Made by a program: the position numbers and the translations under genes. The notes under the pieces were generated by a model. That model saw only the letters and a program-made list of their open reading frames with translations, was not told the origin of the DNA and ran no database searches. 64,000 nucleotides of DNA from a virus. Taxonomy: Duplodnaviria; Caudoviricetes. The stretch is taken from IMG/VR virus record IMGVR_UViG_3300050491_000011. One strand, 5' to 3'. How positions within the stretch are numbered: position 1 is the stretch's first letter; the number at the start of each line of letters is the position of its first letter. Below, piece after piece: positions 1 to 9,536 of this stretch.

Positions 1-41
1 ATAGAGCAACATCCCTAAACCCCGTAACAAGGAAGCGACAA

Positions 42-359
42 ATGCCTAAACAGCACCCAGCACTCGTAATCCCTGAAGAAGTATTGGCCAACCTGATCAA
101 GGAAGAAGGCAAAGAAGGCGGCTACTACCAGATCGCACACCAGGGCGAAGACACGATGACCGTGATCATCGCCAACAACGTGCTGTTCGAGATCCCGATC
201 TCCGCTGAGCTCAAGGCTGCGTCGACTCGCCCACACCCGGTCGGCACCAAAGTCTGGTGGTCTCCTGAAGGCAAACTGCTGGACGCCTTCGAGCCTACCT
301 TCGCACAGCCGAAAGCTTCGAAAGCCCAAGGCTGCGACACCCCGCGTAAGCAGGCCTAA
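42..359 (+). CDS. hypothetical protein
   Basis: 105-aa ORF, AAGGAAG RBS, followed by hairpin 368-397. Confidence 0.75.
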   Translation: MPKQHPALVIPEEVLANLIKEEGKEGGYYQIAHQGEDTMTVIIANNVLFEIPISAELKAASTRPHPVGTKVWWSPEGKLLDAFEPTFAQPKASKAQGCDTPRKQA

Positions 360-367
360 GTAATAAG

Positions 368-397
368 CATGGCAGGGGTTACTCCCTGCCATGTATG
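368..397 (+). terminator. hairpin CATGGCAGGGG/TCCCTGCCATG + TATG
   Basis: 11-bp stem between genes. Confidence 0.6.
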
Positions 398-427
398 CCC
401 TTTATTTTTGACACTAGGAGGACAAGC

Positions 428-955
428 ATGTCCATTGTAATTTATTCAGAAGGCGTCTTAGGCGCTGACCGTCGTTGTGTTATTGCTGGTGGGGCTTGGA
501 ACGTACATCAGACCTCGATGCACAAGCTGCACATCCATGAGTCGAAGACGTTCGCTGTAGCCAGCGCTGGTCACCTCCCAGGTCCTCGTGGCCTCAAGGT
601 CATCATGGATACTATTCAGGGGATGCTCCTGAAGTTCTTCCTTGAAGATTCCCAAGAATCGATGGAGTTGACGAAAGAGCTTAAAGAAAGACTCTTCTCC
701 GAGAGCCGCACCAGCATGATCGTGATGACCAAGACCGATGTCTGGTTCTTTCACGCCGATCAGCCGACGTGGATCGAGATCACCCACCATCCGTACTACT
801 CTGGCAATGGCTCCCCGGCAGCATCGGTTTGTATTGCCGCTGGTCTCAGCGTACAGCAAGCGCTTGAGGAAGTTCCTCATGTGTCTACCGAATGTGGGGA
901 CGGGTGCGATGTTGTCAAATTCAGTATGCTCAAAGCAATGAAGGTGGAGAAGTAA
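428..955 (+). CDS. HslV/proteasome-beta-like (Ntn-hydrolase) peptidase
   Basis: AGGAGG RBS before ATG 428 (track start 395). N-term SIVIYSEGVLGADRR resembles TTI..G....AD; also HKL Lys and GNGS motif. Confidence 0.55.
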   Translation: MSIVIYSEGVLGADRRCVIAGGAWNVHQTSMHKLHIHESKTFAVASAGHLPGPRGLKVIMDTIQGMLLKFFLEDSQESMELTKELKERLFSESRTSMIVMTKTDVWFFHADQPTWIEITHHPYYSGNGSPAASVCIAAGLSVQQALEEVPHVSTECGDGCDVVKFSMLKAMKVEK

Positions 956-956
956 G

Positions 957-1535
957 ATGGCTAACGTCTGCGCGATTTACAATGACGAACTCTACGTCTG
1001 CACCACGCTCAAGAAACCTAACGGTCTTTCTGCGACAATCCCACTGGCCTCGCTTTACTGCCGTTACGGACTGATCCTACCTACCGAATACGCGTCGATG
1101 AACTTGCTCGATGTTCTCGAAGGTAAGTCGAGCCATCACTTCAGCGGTGACGTGGCGATCCTTGGATGTATCCTAACTCACTTGGGTGATGTCTACGAGT
1201 TCTATCTCGGCAACCTCGTCCCAAATGAAGTCGGTGATACCAGTGTACGTATTCGCCGCATCCCAACCGGTGATGGCGTTCGGTACGTTAAGTCCAACGG
1301 GGCTCGTACTGAAGAACAAGTGCAGATGCTGATGCACTTGTACGACATCGGTAGAATTGAAAGTATGCAGCACGGCTTCTCGATCCTCAACCAATGCTCG
1401 CCGGGTAACTTGGCGCACATGGAACAACTCAGCGTCGACGCTGTGATGAAGAGCCTGATTGAGAAAGGCTGCACTGAACCGTTCCCATCGAACATTATCT
1501 TCAACGACATGCCAGTCACCAAAGTTAAGGAATAA
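957..1535 (+). CDS. hypothetical protein
   Basis: 192-aa ORF abutting neighbours. Confidence 0.8.
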   Translation: MANVCAIYNDELYVCTTLKKPNGLSATIPLASLYCRYGLILPTEYASMNLLDVLEGKSSHHFSGDVAILGCILTHLGDVYEFYLGNLVPNEVGDTSVRIRRIPTGDGVRYVKSNGARTEEQVQMLMHLYDIGRIESMQHGFSILNQCSPGNLAHMEQLSVDAVMKSLIEKGCTEPFPSNIIFNDMPVTKVKE

Positions 1536-1538
1536 ATC

Positions 1539-2378
1539 ATGCTCTGCGCGTATCATGCCCACTGTACAGACGGTTTGGTTAGTGCCTGGGTCGTAGCCAG
1601 ATGGGCTGCGCAACAAAAGATAGAAGACGTTCATTACGTGCCGTGCGTCTATAAAGGCGAAGTTCCTGAAGTTAAGGAAGGCGAGACCGTCATGATCGTT
1701 GACTTCTCGTTCGAACCTGAAGTCTTGGTTGAGATGTGTAAGGTCGCCAAGACCGTGGTTCTGATCGATCACCACGAATCGGCTATCACCAAGATCTGGA
1801 AGTTCTTCGACAATAACCCTATCCCGAGTAATCTGGATCTGCGGTTGAATGAAGATCTGTCTGGCGCTGGTGGTACGTGGAACTTCCTGTTCCCTAATGT
1901 GGCGATGCCTGCGTTGGTAGCTGTAGCTCAGGACTACGATCTGTGGCGCTTCAAGTACGACCATACCCGCGCCATCATCGCAGGTATCAAAGGTAAGCCG
2001 CAGACTTTCGAAACTCTCGACTATGTCAGTGAGAACATGGAAGAGACCGCCACTCTCGGCCAACCTCTCGTTGATAAAGAAGACGAGATGATCGCCACCC
2101 ATGTCCGCGATGCGGTAATGGTTGAGTTCGAAGGTTACATGGTTCCGATGGCCAACGTCCCTCGGTACATCCACAGCTTGGCTGCTCACGAGCTGGCGAA
2201 GAAACATCCTTTCTGTATCACGTACTTCGATAACGGTAAGGTGCGTGAGTTCAGTCTTCGCTCTAACCGTGAAACTGGCATCGTCATTAATAAGTTTGCT
2301 GAGAAGCACGGAGGTGGTGGGCACCCATACGCCGCAGGCTTCCGCAAACCTCTCCCTAATCCACTAGAAGGAATCTAA
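1539..2378 (+). CDS. DHH/DHHA1 phosphoesterase (NrnA/NrnB oligoribonuclease-like)
   Basis: YHAHCTDG, VDFS, IDHH and C-terminal GGGGHPYAAGF motifs. Confidence 0.9.
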   Translation: MLCAYHAHCTDGLVSAWVVARWAAQQKIEDVHYVPCVYKGEVPEVKEGETVMIVDFSFEPEVLVEMCKVAKTVVLIDHHESAITKIWKFFDNNPIPSNLDLRLNEDLSGAGGTWNFLFPNVAMPALVAVAQDYDLWRFKYDHTRAIIAGIKGKPQTFETLDYVSENMEETATLGQPLVDKEDEMIATHVRDAVMVEFEGYMVPMANVPRYIHSLAAHELAKKHPFCITYFDNGKVREFSLRSNRETGIVINKFAEKHGGGGHPYAAGFRKPLPNPLEGI

Positions 2379-2380
2379 CG

Positions 2381-3028
2381 ATGGCTGAAGTTACAAGTGC
2401 TCTGCCGCTACAGCTTGCCCGCATCGATCTAACCTGCGAGGGTGAAGAAGATCTCCAGTTCACTGCAAAGATCACCCTGGTCGAAGAAGGCTTTTCCACT
2501 CAGTCGATGGAAGACCTGATCCGCGACGTCTATCATGACGTTCACCCTAATCAGGGTGAAGCGGTAGTCAAAGTCAGCCATGTAAGTAGTGACTACATCG
2601 ACACACCTGCCAACCCGCAGATCCAAGTGCCGATCCATTTCCTGCGCAATACGGCGCTCGATTACGCAGTCGCCGAAGGATTGGAATGGTTATTCGACGA
2701 CGGTGAAGGTGTACGTGAGCTCATCTTCCGTGATGGGAATGTGTTTTCCTCCGGCCAGTGTACTCCATTCAGGCCGTCACGTTCCAATTCAATCTGTGCG
2801 TTCTTCATCGGCAAGCACGAGTTGAATGTCGAATGGGATTATCCTCAGGGCGTCGGCGCTGGCACGAAGCTACCTCGTGTCGGAGAGACAAGGTTGATGG
2901 GTTTCCCACACGGCATCGCTGGACAAACCCTTCCAGAAGCTGTGGCTCGCTACATGGTTCAATCGGTTACGCCTCGGCCGTACGTAGCCATCCCTTACTC
3001 TCTGATCCCAGAGCTTGCAAGTAAGTAA
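2381..3028 (+). CDS. hypothetical protein, C-terminal part NinX/DUF2591-like
   Basis: ALDYAVA and GQTLPEAVARYMV resemble NinX-family motifs. Confidence 0.5.
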   Translation: MAEVTSALPLQLARIDLTCEGEEDLQFTAKITLVEEGFSTQSMEDLIRDVYHDVHPNQGEAVVKVSHVSSDYIDTPANPQIQVPIHFLRNTALDYAVAEGLEWLFDDGEGVRELIFRDGNVFSSGQCTPFRPSRSNSICAFFIGKHELNVEWDYPQGVGAGTKLPRVGETRLMGFPHGIAGQTLPEAVARYMVQSVTPRPYVAIPYSLIPELASK

Positions 3029-3089
3029 TAACCCAGGACAGCTATCATGTGGTAACTGTCCTGATTGATCTCAACATGGGAAAGTAAAT

Positions 3090-4247
3090 ATGTCTTTGGT
3101 AATTGCTGACGAAGGTCCATTCATCAAGGTTGACCACATCAACTTCAAGAACCGCATCGAGAAGATTCCCGGTGGCGTTTACAAGGTTGGCGTTGTTGAC
3201 GAAGAGCCGGTCCTGGTAAAGGATCGTGAGAAGTTCGATCTTCCGAAACGCATCTACGGTAAGCACGAAGTTTACAAGAACACTGTCGTTCGTAAGTTCC
3301 GTGAAACCAAAGGTACGCTCGGCGTACTGATGGACGGCCTGAAAGGTACTGGTAAGTCGTTGCTGGCTGAAGGTATCTGCAACAAGCTGATCGAAACCGA
3401 CATGCCAATCCTGCTGGTATCGGACTCCGTCTCGCCGTCGTTGCTCAAGCACTTCATCGAAGCCATGGGTCCTTGTGCGATCTACTTCGACGAGTTCGGC
3501 AAGTTCTACAAGGAAGAAGCTCGTGACAAGATGCTCACGCTCTTCTCCGACTCCAGCCTTAAGCAAGTCATGTTCATCGTGACATCGAACCACACCGGCG
3601 AACTGACGGACGCCATGGTTCACCGTCCTGGCCGCTTCTTCTACAAGTTCAACTACAAAGGCTTGGAAGAAGAAGAGATCCTCGAGATCATCGAAGACAA
3701 CAAGATCGAACCCGCGGTCTTGGCGTACATGCTCGACTACTGCAAGTATCACCAGTGCAGTTTCGATGTGGTGCGTGTCTTGATCGGGTGTGCATTCAAC
3801 ATGCCGACTGTCGAGAAGTACATCGAGGAACTGAAGATCCACAACGTTCCTAATCAGGTATACACGCAGTACCGTGTATCTGAAGTGATGTACAAGGCTG
3901 AGAAGTTCGAAGGCGACATCACTGTCTCCGAAGAGAACGGCATCCTGAAGATCTGCCTGCGTGACAAGCTTACCACCGACGTCATCGAAGAATGCACCTT
4001 CGAGTGGACCAAGGCTGATAAGGTTCCTCTGGGCAAGGGCAATACTGAGTTCCGCATCAAGCTGTCCGATACGCTGACCGTCAAGATCGATCGCACTGTA
4101 TCGAGCTGGAAGGCTAACGGCGTCGTGCTGGATCTGCCGATGAGCTTCGAGAAAGGTGCTGGTGCAGGGTTAAAGCGCCGCCGCCGTGGCTTCGGCGGTG
4201 ACGACGACTACCCGCGTGGTCACCCACTGCATGACGGTGACGACTGA
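3090..4247 (+). CDS. AAA+ ATPase
   Basis: Walker A GLKGTGKS, Walker B IYFDE, sensor TSN, Arg finger RPGRF. Confidence 0.9.
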   Translation: MSLVIADEGPFIKVDHINFKNRIEKIPGGVYKVGVVDEEPVLVKDREKFDLPKRIYGKHEVYKNTVVRKFRETKGTLGVLMDGLKGTGKSLLAEGICNKLIETDMPILLVSDSVSPSLLKHFIEAMGPCAIYFDEFGKFYKEEARDKMLTLFSDSSLKQVMFIVTSNHTGELTDAMVHRPGRFFYKFNYKGLEEEEILEIIEDNKIEPAVLAYMLDYCKYHQCSFDVVRVLIGCAFNMPTVEKYIEELKIHNVPNQVYTQYRVSEVMYKAEKFEGDITVSEENGILKICLRDKLTTDVIEECTFEWTKADKVPLGKGNTEFRIKLSDTLTVKIDRTVSSWKANGVVLDLPMSFEKGAGAGLKRRRRGFGGDDDYPRGHPLHDGDD

Positions 4248-4251
4248 TTGA

Positions 4252-4279
4252 CTGCCGGGACTTCGGTCCCGGCTTTATG
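4252..4279 (+). terminator. hairpin GCCGGGAC-TTCG-GTCCCGGC + TTTATG
   Basis: ends first operon. Confidence 0.75.
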
Positions 4280-4288
4280 CCGCATTGC

Positions 4289-4309
4289 AATTAATTACAG
4301 TAACACATT
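4289..4309 (+). promoter_or_regulatory. putative early promoter (AT-rich + AGTAACACATT)
   Basis: recurrent intergenic motif directly after a terminator. Confidence 0.55.
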
Positions 4310-4349
4310 GTAAACACGTAACATCCCATCCATCCTAGAGGGTCGTAAA

Positions 4350-4754
4350 ATGAGCGGCTCAGGAAATACCAGTATACTGGATAAGGCAGAACATGCAGTA
4401 GTCTATCTTTGCAAGTTGTTTACGTACGCCACTCACCCTCGACGTAGAGTAGTAGTTGTAGAGCAACCTCGGGCGAAACCTGAAGTACGCCCAACGCCAC
4501 CACCTGACGTGGAGCAATCTGAAAATGAACACAATGGTTCGGATAGTGGCACGCGCCATGAACGCCGAAGGGAGGACATACGACGCCGAAGGGAAAGAAA
4601 TATCCAAGAGCATCGTGCGCACATACGCGCACTTCGCGAAGAAAGGGAAGATCTTCTTAAATACGGCGTTGAGATTGACCGTCTTCTGCACGACCAAGAA
4701 ACAGAACTAAAACAGGAAGGTCACGATATTAACAATCTTGACCTTAAAGATTAA
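4350..4754 (+). CDS. hypothetical R/E-rich coiled-coil protein
   Basis: 134-aa ORF with GAGGG RBS, downstream of promoter-like motif. Confidence 0.7.
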   Translation: MSGSGNTSILDKAEHAVVYLCKLFTYATHPRRRVVVVEQPRAKPEVRPTPPPDVEQSENEHNGSDSGTRHERRREDIRRRRERNIQEHRAHIRALREEREDLLKYGVEIDRLLHDQETELKQEGHDINNLDLKD

Positions 4755-4777
4755 CCGACGAAGTAAGGGGTAGTTAC

Positions 4778-5107
4778 ATGTCGATTGGAAGTGTCATCGC
4801 CAAGGTTGGAACAATCGCTGCCGTAGGAGCTGGTGGCTATTGGCTGTATAAGAAACTTCGTGCGGCTTCTGTCGAGATCTCAGCTGAAGAGCGTCTGCGT
4901 GAGCTCAACGCTGAACTTAACCAGAGTTGGAAGATTCTGAGCAGTTGCGCTAAAGCCGCCAAGAAAGAAACAGTTAAGGGCGACTGGTTGGCCGACTACG
5001 AAGTTCTTCGCGAACGCATGACTGGCCCACGGGATAACTATCAAGTAGTTGCCCAGCTCCTCAACGACATCAACCTGCTTGTAGAGCGTGTCGTTAGCCT
5101 GACGTAA
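4778..5107 (+). CDS. N-terminally membrane-anchored protein
   Basis: Gly/Ala hydrophobic helix then YWLYKK. Confidence 0.75.
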   Translation: MSIGSVIAKVGTIAAVGAGGYWLYKKLRAASVEISAEERLRELNAELNQSWKILSSCAKAAKKETVKGDWLADYEVLRERMTGPRDNYQVVAQLLNDINLLVERVVSLT

Positions 5108-5166
5108 CCCGTAAGCAAACATAACGGCGGGGTTTCTCCCCGCCCACTTCTAAAGTAAGGATACAT

Positions 5167-5532
5167 ATGAAATACTTAGCAGCTATCGCAATCGCCCTCA
5201 TCGCATCCACCACCTACGCAGCAGAAAACCCATTCGCCAACGGTGATGAAACTTCCCAGCATGAAATCACCGGTAACAACTGCAAGATGCTGGAAGCGAT
5301 TGGTCGGTCTGCCGTTGATGCTAAATCCAAAGGGGTTACTGAATCAACGGTAATCGCCACTCTCATCAAACCTCACCACATGGAGTCTACTGCGTTCAGG
5401 GCGTTCTTCCCTGAGATCGTGACGATGGTCCACGAGATTTACGAAATGGATGGTGACGCCAACCCGATCTCCGATGTCCACTATGCGGACTGTGAGAAAA
5501 GCCTTGGTCGATTTCTTGTCTACTATAACTGA
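5167..5532 (+). CDS. secreted/periplasmic hypothetical protein
   Basis: Sec signal MKYLAAIAIALIASTTYA; two Cys. Confidence 0.8.
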   Translation: MKYLAAIAIALIASTTYAAENPFANGDETSQHEITGNNCKMLEAIGRSAVDAKSKGVTESTVIATLIKPHHMESTAFRAFFPEIVTMVHEIYEMDGDANPISDVHYADCEKSLGRFLVYYN

Positions 5533-5541
5533 AGGAATACA

Positions 5542-5994
5542 GTGATGCTCAAAGGTCCTATCGTACAGAAAGAAGTACTTGCCGGTAGCACGGCATTGAA
5601 AGTCTGCTCCAGCGTTGCAAAGTCTGGCGCTTTGGCCCAGTCGATCTGCGCACTGGATAACTCCAAGATCGGGACGAAGTTCTCTTTCGTCTATGACAAG
5701 CCGTTCCAGAAAGGTCAGACCGGCATCATCATTGCCACAAGTCGTGGATGGATCGCTCTCTCAATGCAGGAAGAGATCCTCGGCATCTCCACTAACTGGT
5801 CCGGTACAGATCTCTTCTTGAATGAAGAGTTCATCGATCAGTTCAAAGATGTCATCATGGTCGGCCTCCCATCAATCACCATGGCTAAGCTCATGGACCT
5901 TTCCACCGAAGATGCCCCTAAGGCTATCCGGATCTGGAAGTCCATTGCAATGGCTGTTCACGAAGGCATCGTCGCCTTTACGGAAATCGAATGA
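5542..5994 (+). CDS. hypothetical protein
   Basis: GTG start, AAGGA RBS. Confidence 0.75.
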   Translation: MMLKGPIVQKEVLAGSTALKVCSSVAKSGALAQSICALDNSKIGTKFSFVYDKPFQKGQTGIIIATSRGWIALSMQEEILGISTNWSGTDLFLNEEFIDQFKDVIMVGLPSITMAKLMDLSTEDAPKAIRIWKSIAMAVHEGIVAFTEIE

Positions 5995-6004
5995 TAGATA
6001 ACAC

Positions 6005-6046
6005 ACTACGGAGGGTAACACCTCCGTAGTCTTACTTCTTTTTTTT
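6005..6046 (+). terminator. intrinsic terminator with displaced T8
   Basis: 10-bp stem, CTTACTTC spacer, T8. Confidence 0.8.
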
Positions 6047-6071
6047 GGTTAAAAGATACTGGCAGTATAAA

Positions 6072-6092
6072 TATTTTAGGCAACACATTACC
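6072..6092 (+). promoter_or_regulatory. putative early promoter (GGCAACACATT)
   Basis: recurrent motif. Confidence 0.5.
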
Positions 6093-6129
6093 GACTCAGT
6101 AACACCACCCCTAAACCAAGGAGTCTGAA

Positions 6130-6435
6130 ATGACTAAGCCTGAAGTAACCAACGTTTACGAAATCAACAGCATCGAAGAACTGGCCGGCCTCATCACCAA
6201 GGTCGACACTGTCATCCAAGACAAGGGCGGCATTATCGAAACCACCATCACCATCGGTGGCGAAGAGTTCATGGCCCGTTCCGAGAACCACCAGAAGACC
6301 GGCGAGAGCGGCGAGATTCTGGCCCGCATTGCTGAGAACATGAAAGACGCGCTGACCGCTGCGCTCGACGCCATCGTCAAAGACGGCGAAGTGTACATCG
6401 AAGGCGTGCAGTTGATGTTCATTGGTGAAATGTAA
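6130..6435 (+). CDS. hypothetical acidic protein
   Basis: AGGAG RBS, strong codon bias. Confidence 0.8.
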   Translation: MTKPEVTNVYEINSIEELAGLITKVDTVIQDKGGIIETTITIGGEEFMARSENHQKTGESGEILARIAENMKDALTAALDAIVKDGEVYIEGVQLMFIGEM

Positions 6436-6546
6436 GTGGAGTGGCTAACTCCGGAACTTGTAACAGCGTTCAAACCAATCGCCTGGGCGTTCTGTTTAGC
6501 TATCGTCGGTTACGGCGTGGTTAAACACGGACACCACTGGTTCTAA
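6436..6546 (+). CDS. small membrane peptide (36 aa, not in ORF track)
   Basis: GTG directly after upstream TAA; one hydrophobic helix IAWAFCLAIVGYGVV. Confidence 0.45.
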   Translation: MEWLTPELVTAFKPIAWAFCLAIVGYGVVKHGHHWF

Positions 6547-6570
6547 ATAATAAACCCGTAACATCCATTA

Positions 6571-7473
6571 GTGAGTGCAACAATGAAAAAGATGATTCTC
6601 GCTGGTCTGGCCATGATGGCCGTTTCGTTCGGTGCAATGGCCGATGTTAAGCAACTGCACTTCTGCACTGGTGCCGAGGGTGGTTTCTACGACTCCTTCG
6701 GCCACCAGCTCGGTGGCGACATCAAGAAGCAATCCAAAGGCCTGGCCGCCGTCGAATACCTGACCACTGAAGGTTCGGTATCCTCGGCAAACATGCTGAA
6801 GTCCGGCGAATGCAACATCGCTCTGCTGCAAGCCGACGCGGTGATCTCCCGTCCAATGCCTTCTGACATCGCCCTGTCGGATGCTCACGCCGAAGCAATC
6901 TTCTGGTTGCACGGTAAGACTGGCGTCAAAGACTTCGACGACATGAGCGACGACGAGAACAAGAACTACGGTGTTGCCATCGTATCTGGTTCTGGCGCTG
7001 AAGTGACCCTGCGTAACTTCGGTAATGTTGACAAGAAGTTCAAGAACCTGAACATCATCACTTTTGATGACTGGTTCTCGGCAGCCAAGGCTACCGCTGA
7101 AGGCAAGATCCGCCGCGCTGGTAATGACATCATTATCGCTGGCATGATCTACGTCGGACGTATGGGTAACATCTCTTCTGAAATCACTGGTGACTTCAAG
7201 GACGATCTGACTATCGGCGAAATCGATGTCAGTTCTTTCGGCGACGTGAAGGATGGGAACAACAATCCACTCTACACCAAGTGCAGCGTTGAAAAGACCA
7301 ACGGCATCAAGACCGATACCTGGGGCGATCCTGTAACCTACTGCGTCCGTGCGCAAGTGGTTTACAACAACGAGATCTTCGCCGACATGGCTGCCAAAGA
7401 TGCGCGCGAACTGCGCAAGTCGATGGACAAAGCCATCGTGCAGAACATCCGTCAGCAACAAGCTGCCAAGTAA
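6571..7473 (+). CDS. TAXI-family (TRAP) periplasmic solute-binding protein-like
   Basis: signal peptide (likely ATG 6583); TGAEGGFY and TEGSVSSANMLKSGECNIALLQAD match TAXI motifs. Confidence 0.75.
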   Translation: MSATMKKMILAGLAMMAVSFGAMADVKQLHFCTGAEGGFYDSFGHQLGGDIKKQSKGLAAVEYLTTEGSVSSANMLKSGECNIALLQADAVISRPMPSDIALSDAHAEAIFWLHGKTGVKDFDDMSDDENKNYGVAIVSGSGAEVTLRNFGNVDKKFKNLNIITFDDWFSAAKATAEGKIRRAGNDIIIAGMIYVGRMGNISSEITGDFKDDLTIGEIDVSSFGDVKDGNNNPLYTKCSVEKTNGIKTDTWGDPVTYCVRAQVVYNNEIFADMAAKDARELRKSMDKAIVQNIRQQQAAK

Positions 7474-7523
7474 CACGCTAAGCGGCGGGGAGGGAAACCT
7501 CTCCGCTTGCTAATGAGGTCCTC

Positions 7524-7775
7524 ATGTCTGTAATGCTACTGTTGAATACGTATCGTCGATTAGTGAAGCCTACTAACGATGAGTTTCAAGAGATGCGACT
7601 CGCTGCTGTAAGGGCGATGGATTCTGGTGGTGAGGTCACCCTCGCACATGGTCTTACCGGTGTCAAACTTGAGATTACTTTCGGTCGCAAGAAAGCCAAA
7701 GCTGTCAAGCTAGACAATCCCGATAAACCAACGCCTAGACCTAGAAAGCCTAGGGTTGATAAGAAAGCCGATTAG
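7524..7775 (+). CDS. hypothetical basic protein
   Basis: 83-aa ORF, GAGGT RBS. Confidence 0.7.
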   Translation: MSVMLLLNTYRRLVKPTNDEFQEMRLAAVRAMDSGGEVTLAHGLTGVKLEITFGRKKAKAVKLDNPDKPTPRPRKPRVDKKAD

Positions 7776-7805
7776 TTTTTTTTCTGCATAGATCAGGAGT
7801 TGTAA

Positions 7806-9449
7806 ATGGAAACTGTAAACAAAGTTGCTGTGGATAAGTCCGGCACTTCTTTCTCTGAGCTGAACGCCGTTGTACAAGCAACTTTCAACAAGAACATGGA
7901 GCTTTACGGCCCTAAGTTGTTTGTCGTTGAAATCAACAACCCGGAAGAACACGACAAGCCTCTGTTCGTGAAATACCTCGAAGGTTTCCCGGCCGAAGAG
8001 AAGCAGCACCACAATTGCCGCTGCTGCCGTCAGTTCATCCACCGCTACGGCGATCTGGCTTTCGTTAACGACGAAGGTGATCTGGTATCGGCACTGTGGG
8101 ATGCTGATGCGGTGTCTGATGAGTTCAAGGCGTCCATCCGTCTGCTGCAACGCGCTGTGACTACCAGCAAGAAGATCCTGCACATGTTCACTGAAGTACC
8201 GGGCGAAACCCTGGGCCTCGGCGAAACCAACGGCTGGAAGCACTTCGTGATCACTCACCCTGATCTCGAGAAGGTCGACGAGAAGCTGATCGGCGAACTC
8301 CGTGGCATGTCCATCGAGAAGGCTGAGCAAATCACCAAGGCTATCGCAGACTACCCAGTCAGCGCTATCCGCACCGGCCTGCACCTGCTGGAAGGTGACT
8401 TCCTGAACATGGCGAAGAAGTATCGCCGTATCGCTGAATGGTTCCTGGCCTTCGCTACCATCATGGAGCCTATCAAGAACGAGAAGCGCCGTGAGAACCT
8501 GATCGCTCGTGAAGCGGCCCGTGTGTCCAAGACTCACAGCCACATCCCAGGCAACGTTCTCGGCCGTCTGCTGGACGACATCAAGGAAGAGAAGTACAGC
8601 ACCACCACCCTGATCCGCCGCTCCAACGAACTGACCAAACCTGAACTGTATCAGCGCACCGTCGCTGCGCCGTCTGAAGGTAACGTCAAGGTGGCTGTCA
8701 AGATCTTCACCGAGCTGGGTATGGACGAGTCCGACCTCGAACGCCGTTCAGCGCGCCTGGAAGAAATCGAAACCATCTGGAAGCCGAAAGCTGACACCGC
8801 ACCGGTTAGCGAAGAGCCGAAGAAGATGTTCGGCAGCATCGTTACCAAAGAAGCTGAAGCCAAGCCAGACGACAAGCTGATCACTTCCCCAGTGCAGCAC
8901 GTTACTCTGCGTACCTTCATGGAAGATGTACTCCGTGCAGGTAAAGCTCTGTCGATGCAGTTGTACGTCCCTACCAGCACGATGCTCGATGTCAACTTCA
9001 CCACTTCGGTGAAACCAGATGCCGGCCGTATCTTCTGGTTCGACGACCATGAAGAGAAGCGTAACCGTTGCTCGTGGTACACCAAGAACAAGCCAGTCGA
9101 TCCTCGTGAACTGAACCTGACTCCTGGCACCTGGGTCAACATCACCGCTCTGGCAGACATCCCGGCTACATGGGGTGGCAATCCACGCGGCGAGCAATAC
9201 TCCACCTGCGCTGCGATCCTGGAAGGCGCTCACATGAAACTGGACAGCACCATGTGCTTGTTCCCTGAGCTGCTGCATCCTGAGCTGTCTGAAGTTGGAC
9301 GTGTTATTGAAACGTACTCCAACAACAACAAGATGCGCGATCAAGAACTGGGTACTACCACTGGTACTCCGCTGGGTCCTAAGCCGCACTTGGTGCGGGT
9401 GAAGACTCTGACCGGTATCAGTCAGTATCAGATCACCGGCTACAAGTAA
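7806..9449 (+). CDS. large hypothetical phage protein with HHNCRCC metal-binding-like motif
   Basis: 547-aa ORF, AGGAG RBS. Confidence 0.85.
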   Translation: METVNKVAVDKSGTSFSELNAVVQATFNKNMELYGPKLFVVEINNPEEHDKPLFVKYLEGFPAEEKQHHNCRCCRQFIHRYGDLAFVNDEGDLVSALWDADAVSDEFKASIRLLQRAVTTSKKILHMFTEVPGETLGLGETNGWKHFVITHPDLEKVDEKLIGELRGMSIEKAEQITKAIADYPVSAIRTGLHLLEGDFLNMAKKYRRIAEWFLAFATIMEPIKNEKRRENLIAREAARVSKTHSHIPGNVLGRLLDDIKEEKYSTTTLIRRSNELTKPELYQRTVAAPSEGNVKVAVKIFTELGMDESDLERRSARLEEIETIWKPKADTAPVSEEPKKMFGSIVTKEAEAKPDDKLITSPVQHVTLRTFMEDVLRAGKALSMQLYVPTSTMLDVNFTTSVKPDAGRIFWFDDHEEKRNRCSWYTKNKPVDPRELNLTPGTWVNITALADIPATWGGNPRGEQYSTCAAILEGAHMKLDSTMCLFPELLHPELSEVGRVIETYSNNNKMRDQELGTTTGTPLGPKPHLVRVKTLTGISQYQITGYK

Positions 9450-9459
9450 CACTGCGACA

Positions 9460-9490
9460 CATAGGGCGGGGAGTAATCCCCGCCTTTATG
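9460..9490 (+). terminator. CATA-GGGCGGGG/CCCCGCCT-TTATG hairpin
   Basis: after 547-aa gene. Confidence 0.7.
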
Positions 9491-9536
9491 CTGTACATTT
9501 ATATTCTACGCCCTCATTTATTAGAAGGACTTTATA

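Noticed and set aside
1173-8543. Long antisense ORFs (e.g. 1173-2324, 3045-3842, 6568-7476, 7710-8543) and similar ones opposite other genes (e.g. 31259-32263, 52959-53912)
   Set aside because: Shadow ORFs opposite genes with strong C-ending codon bias; no RBS and no recognisable motifs.
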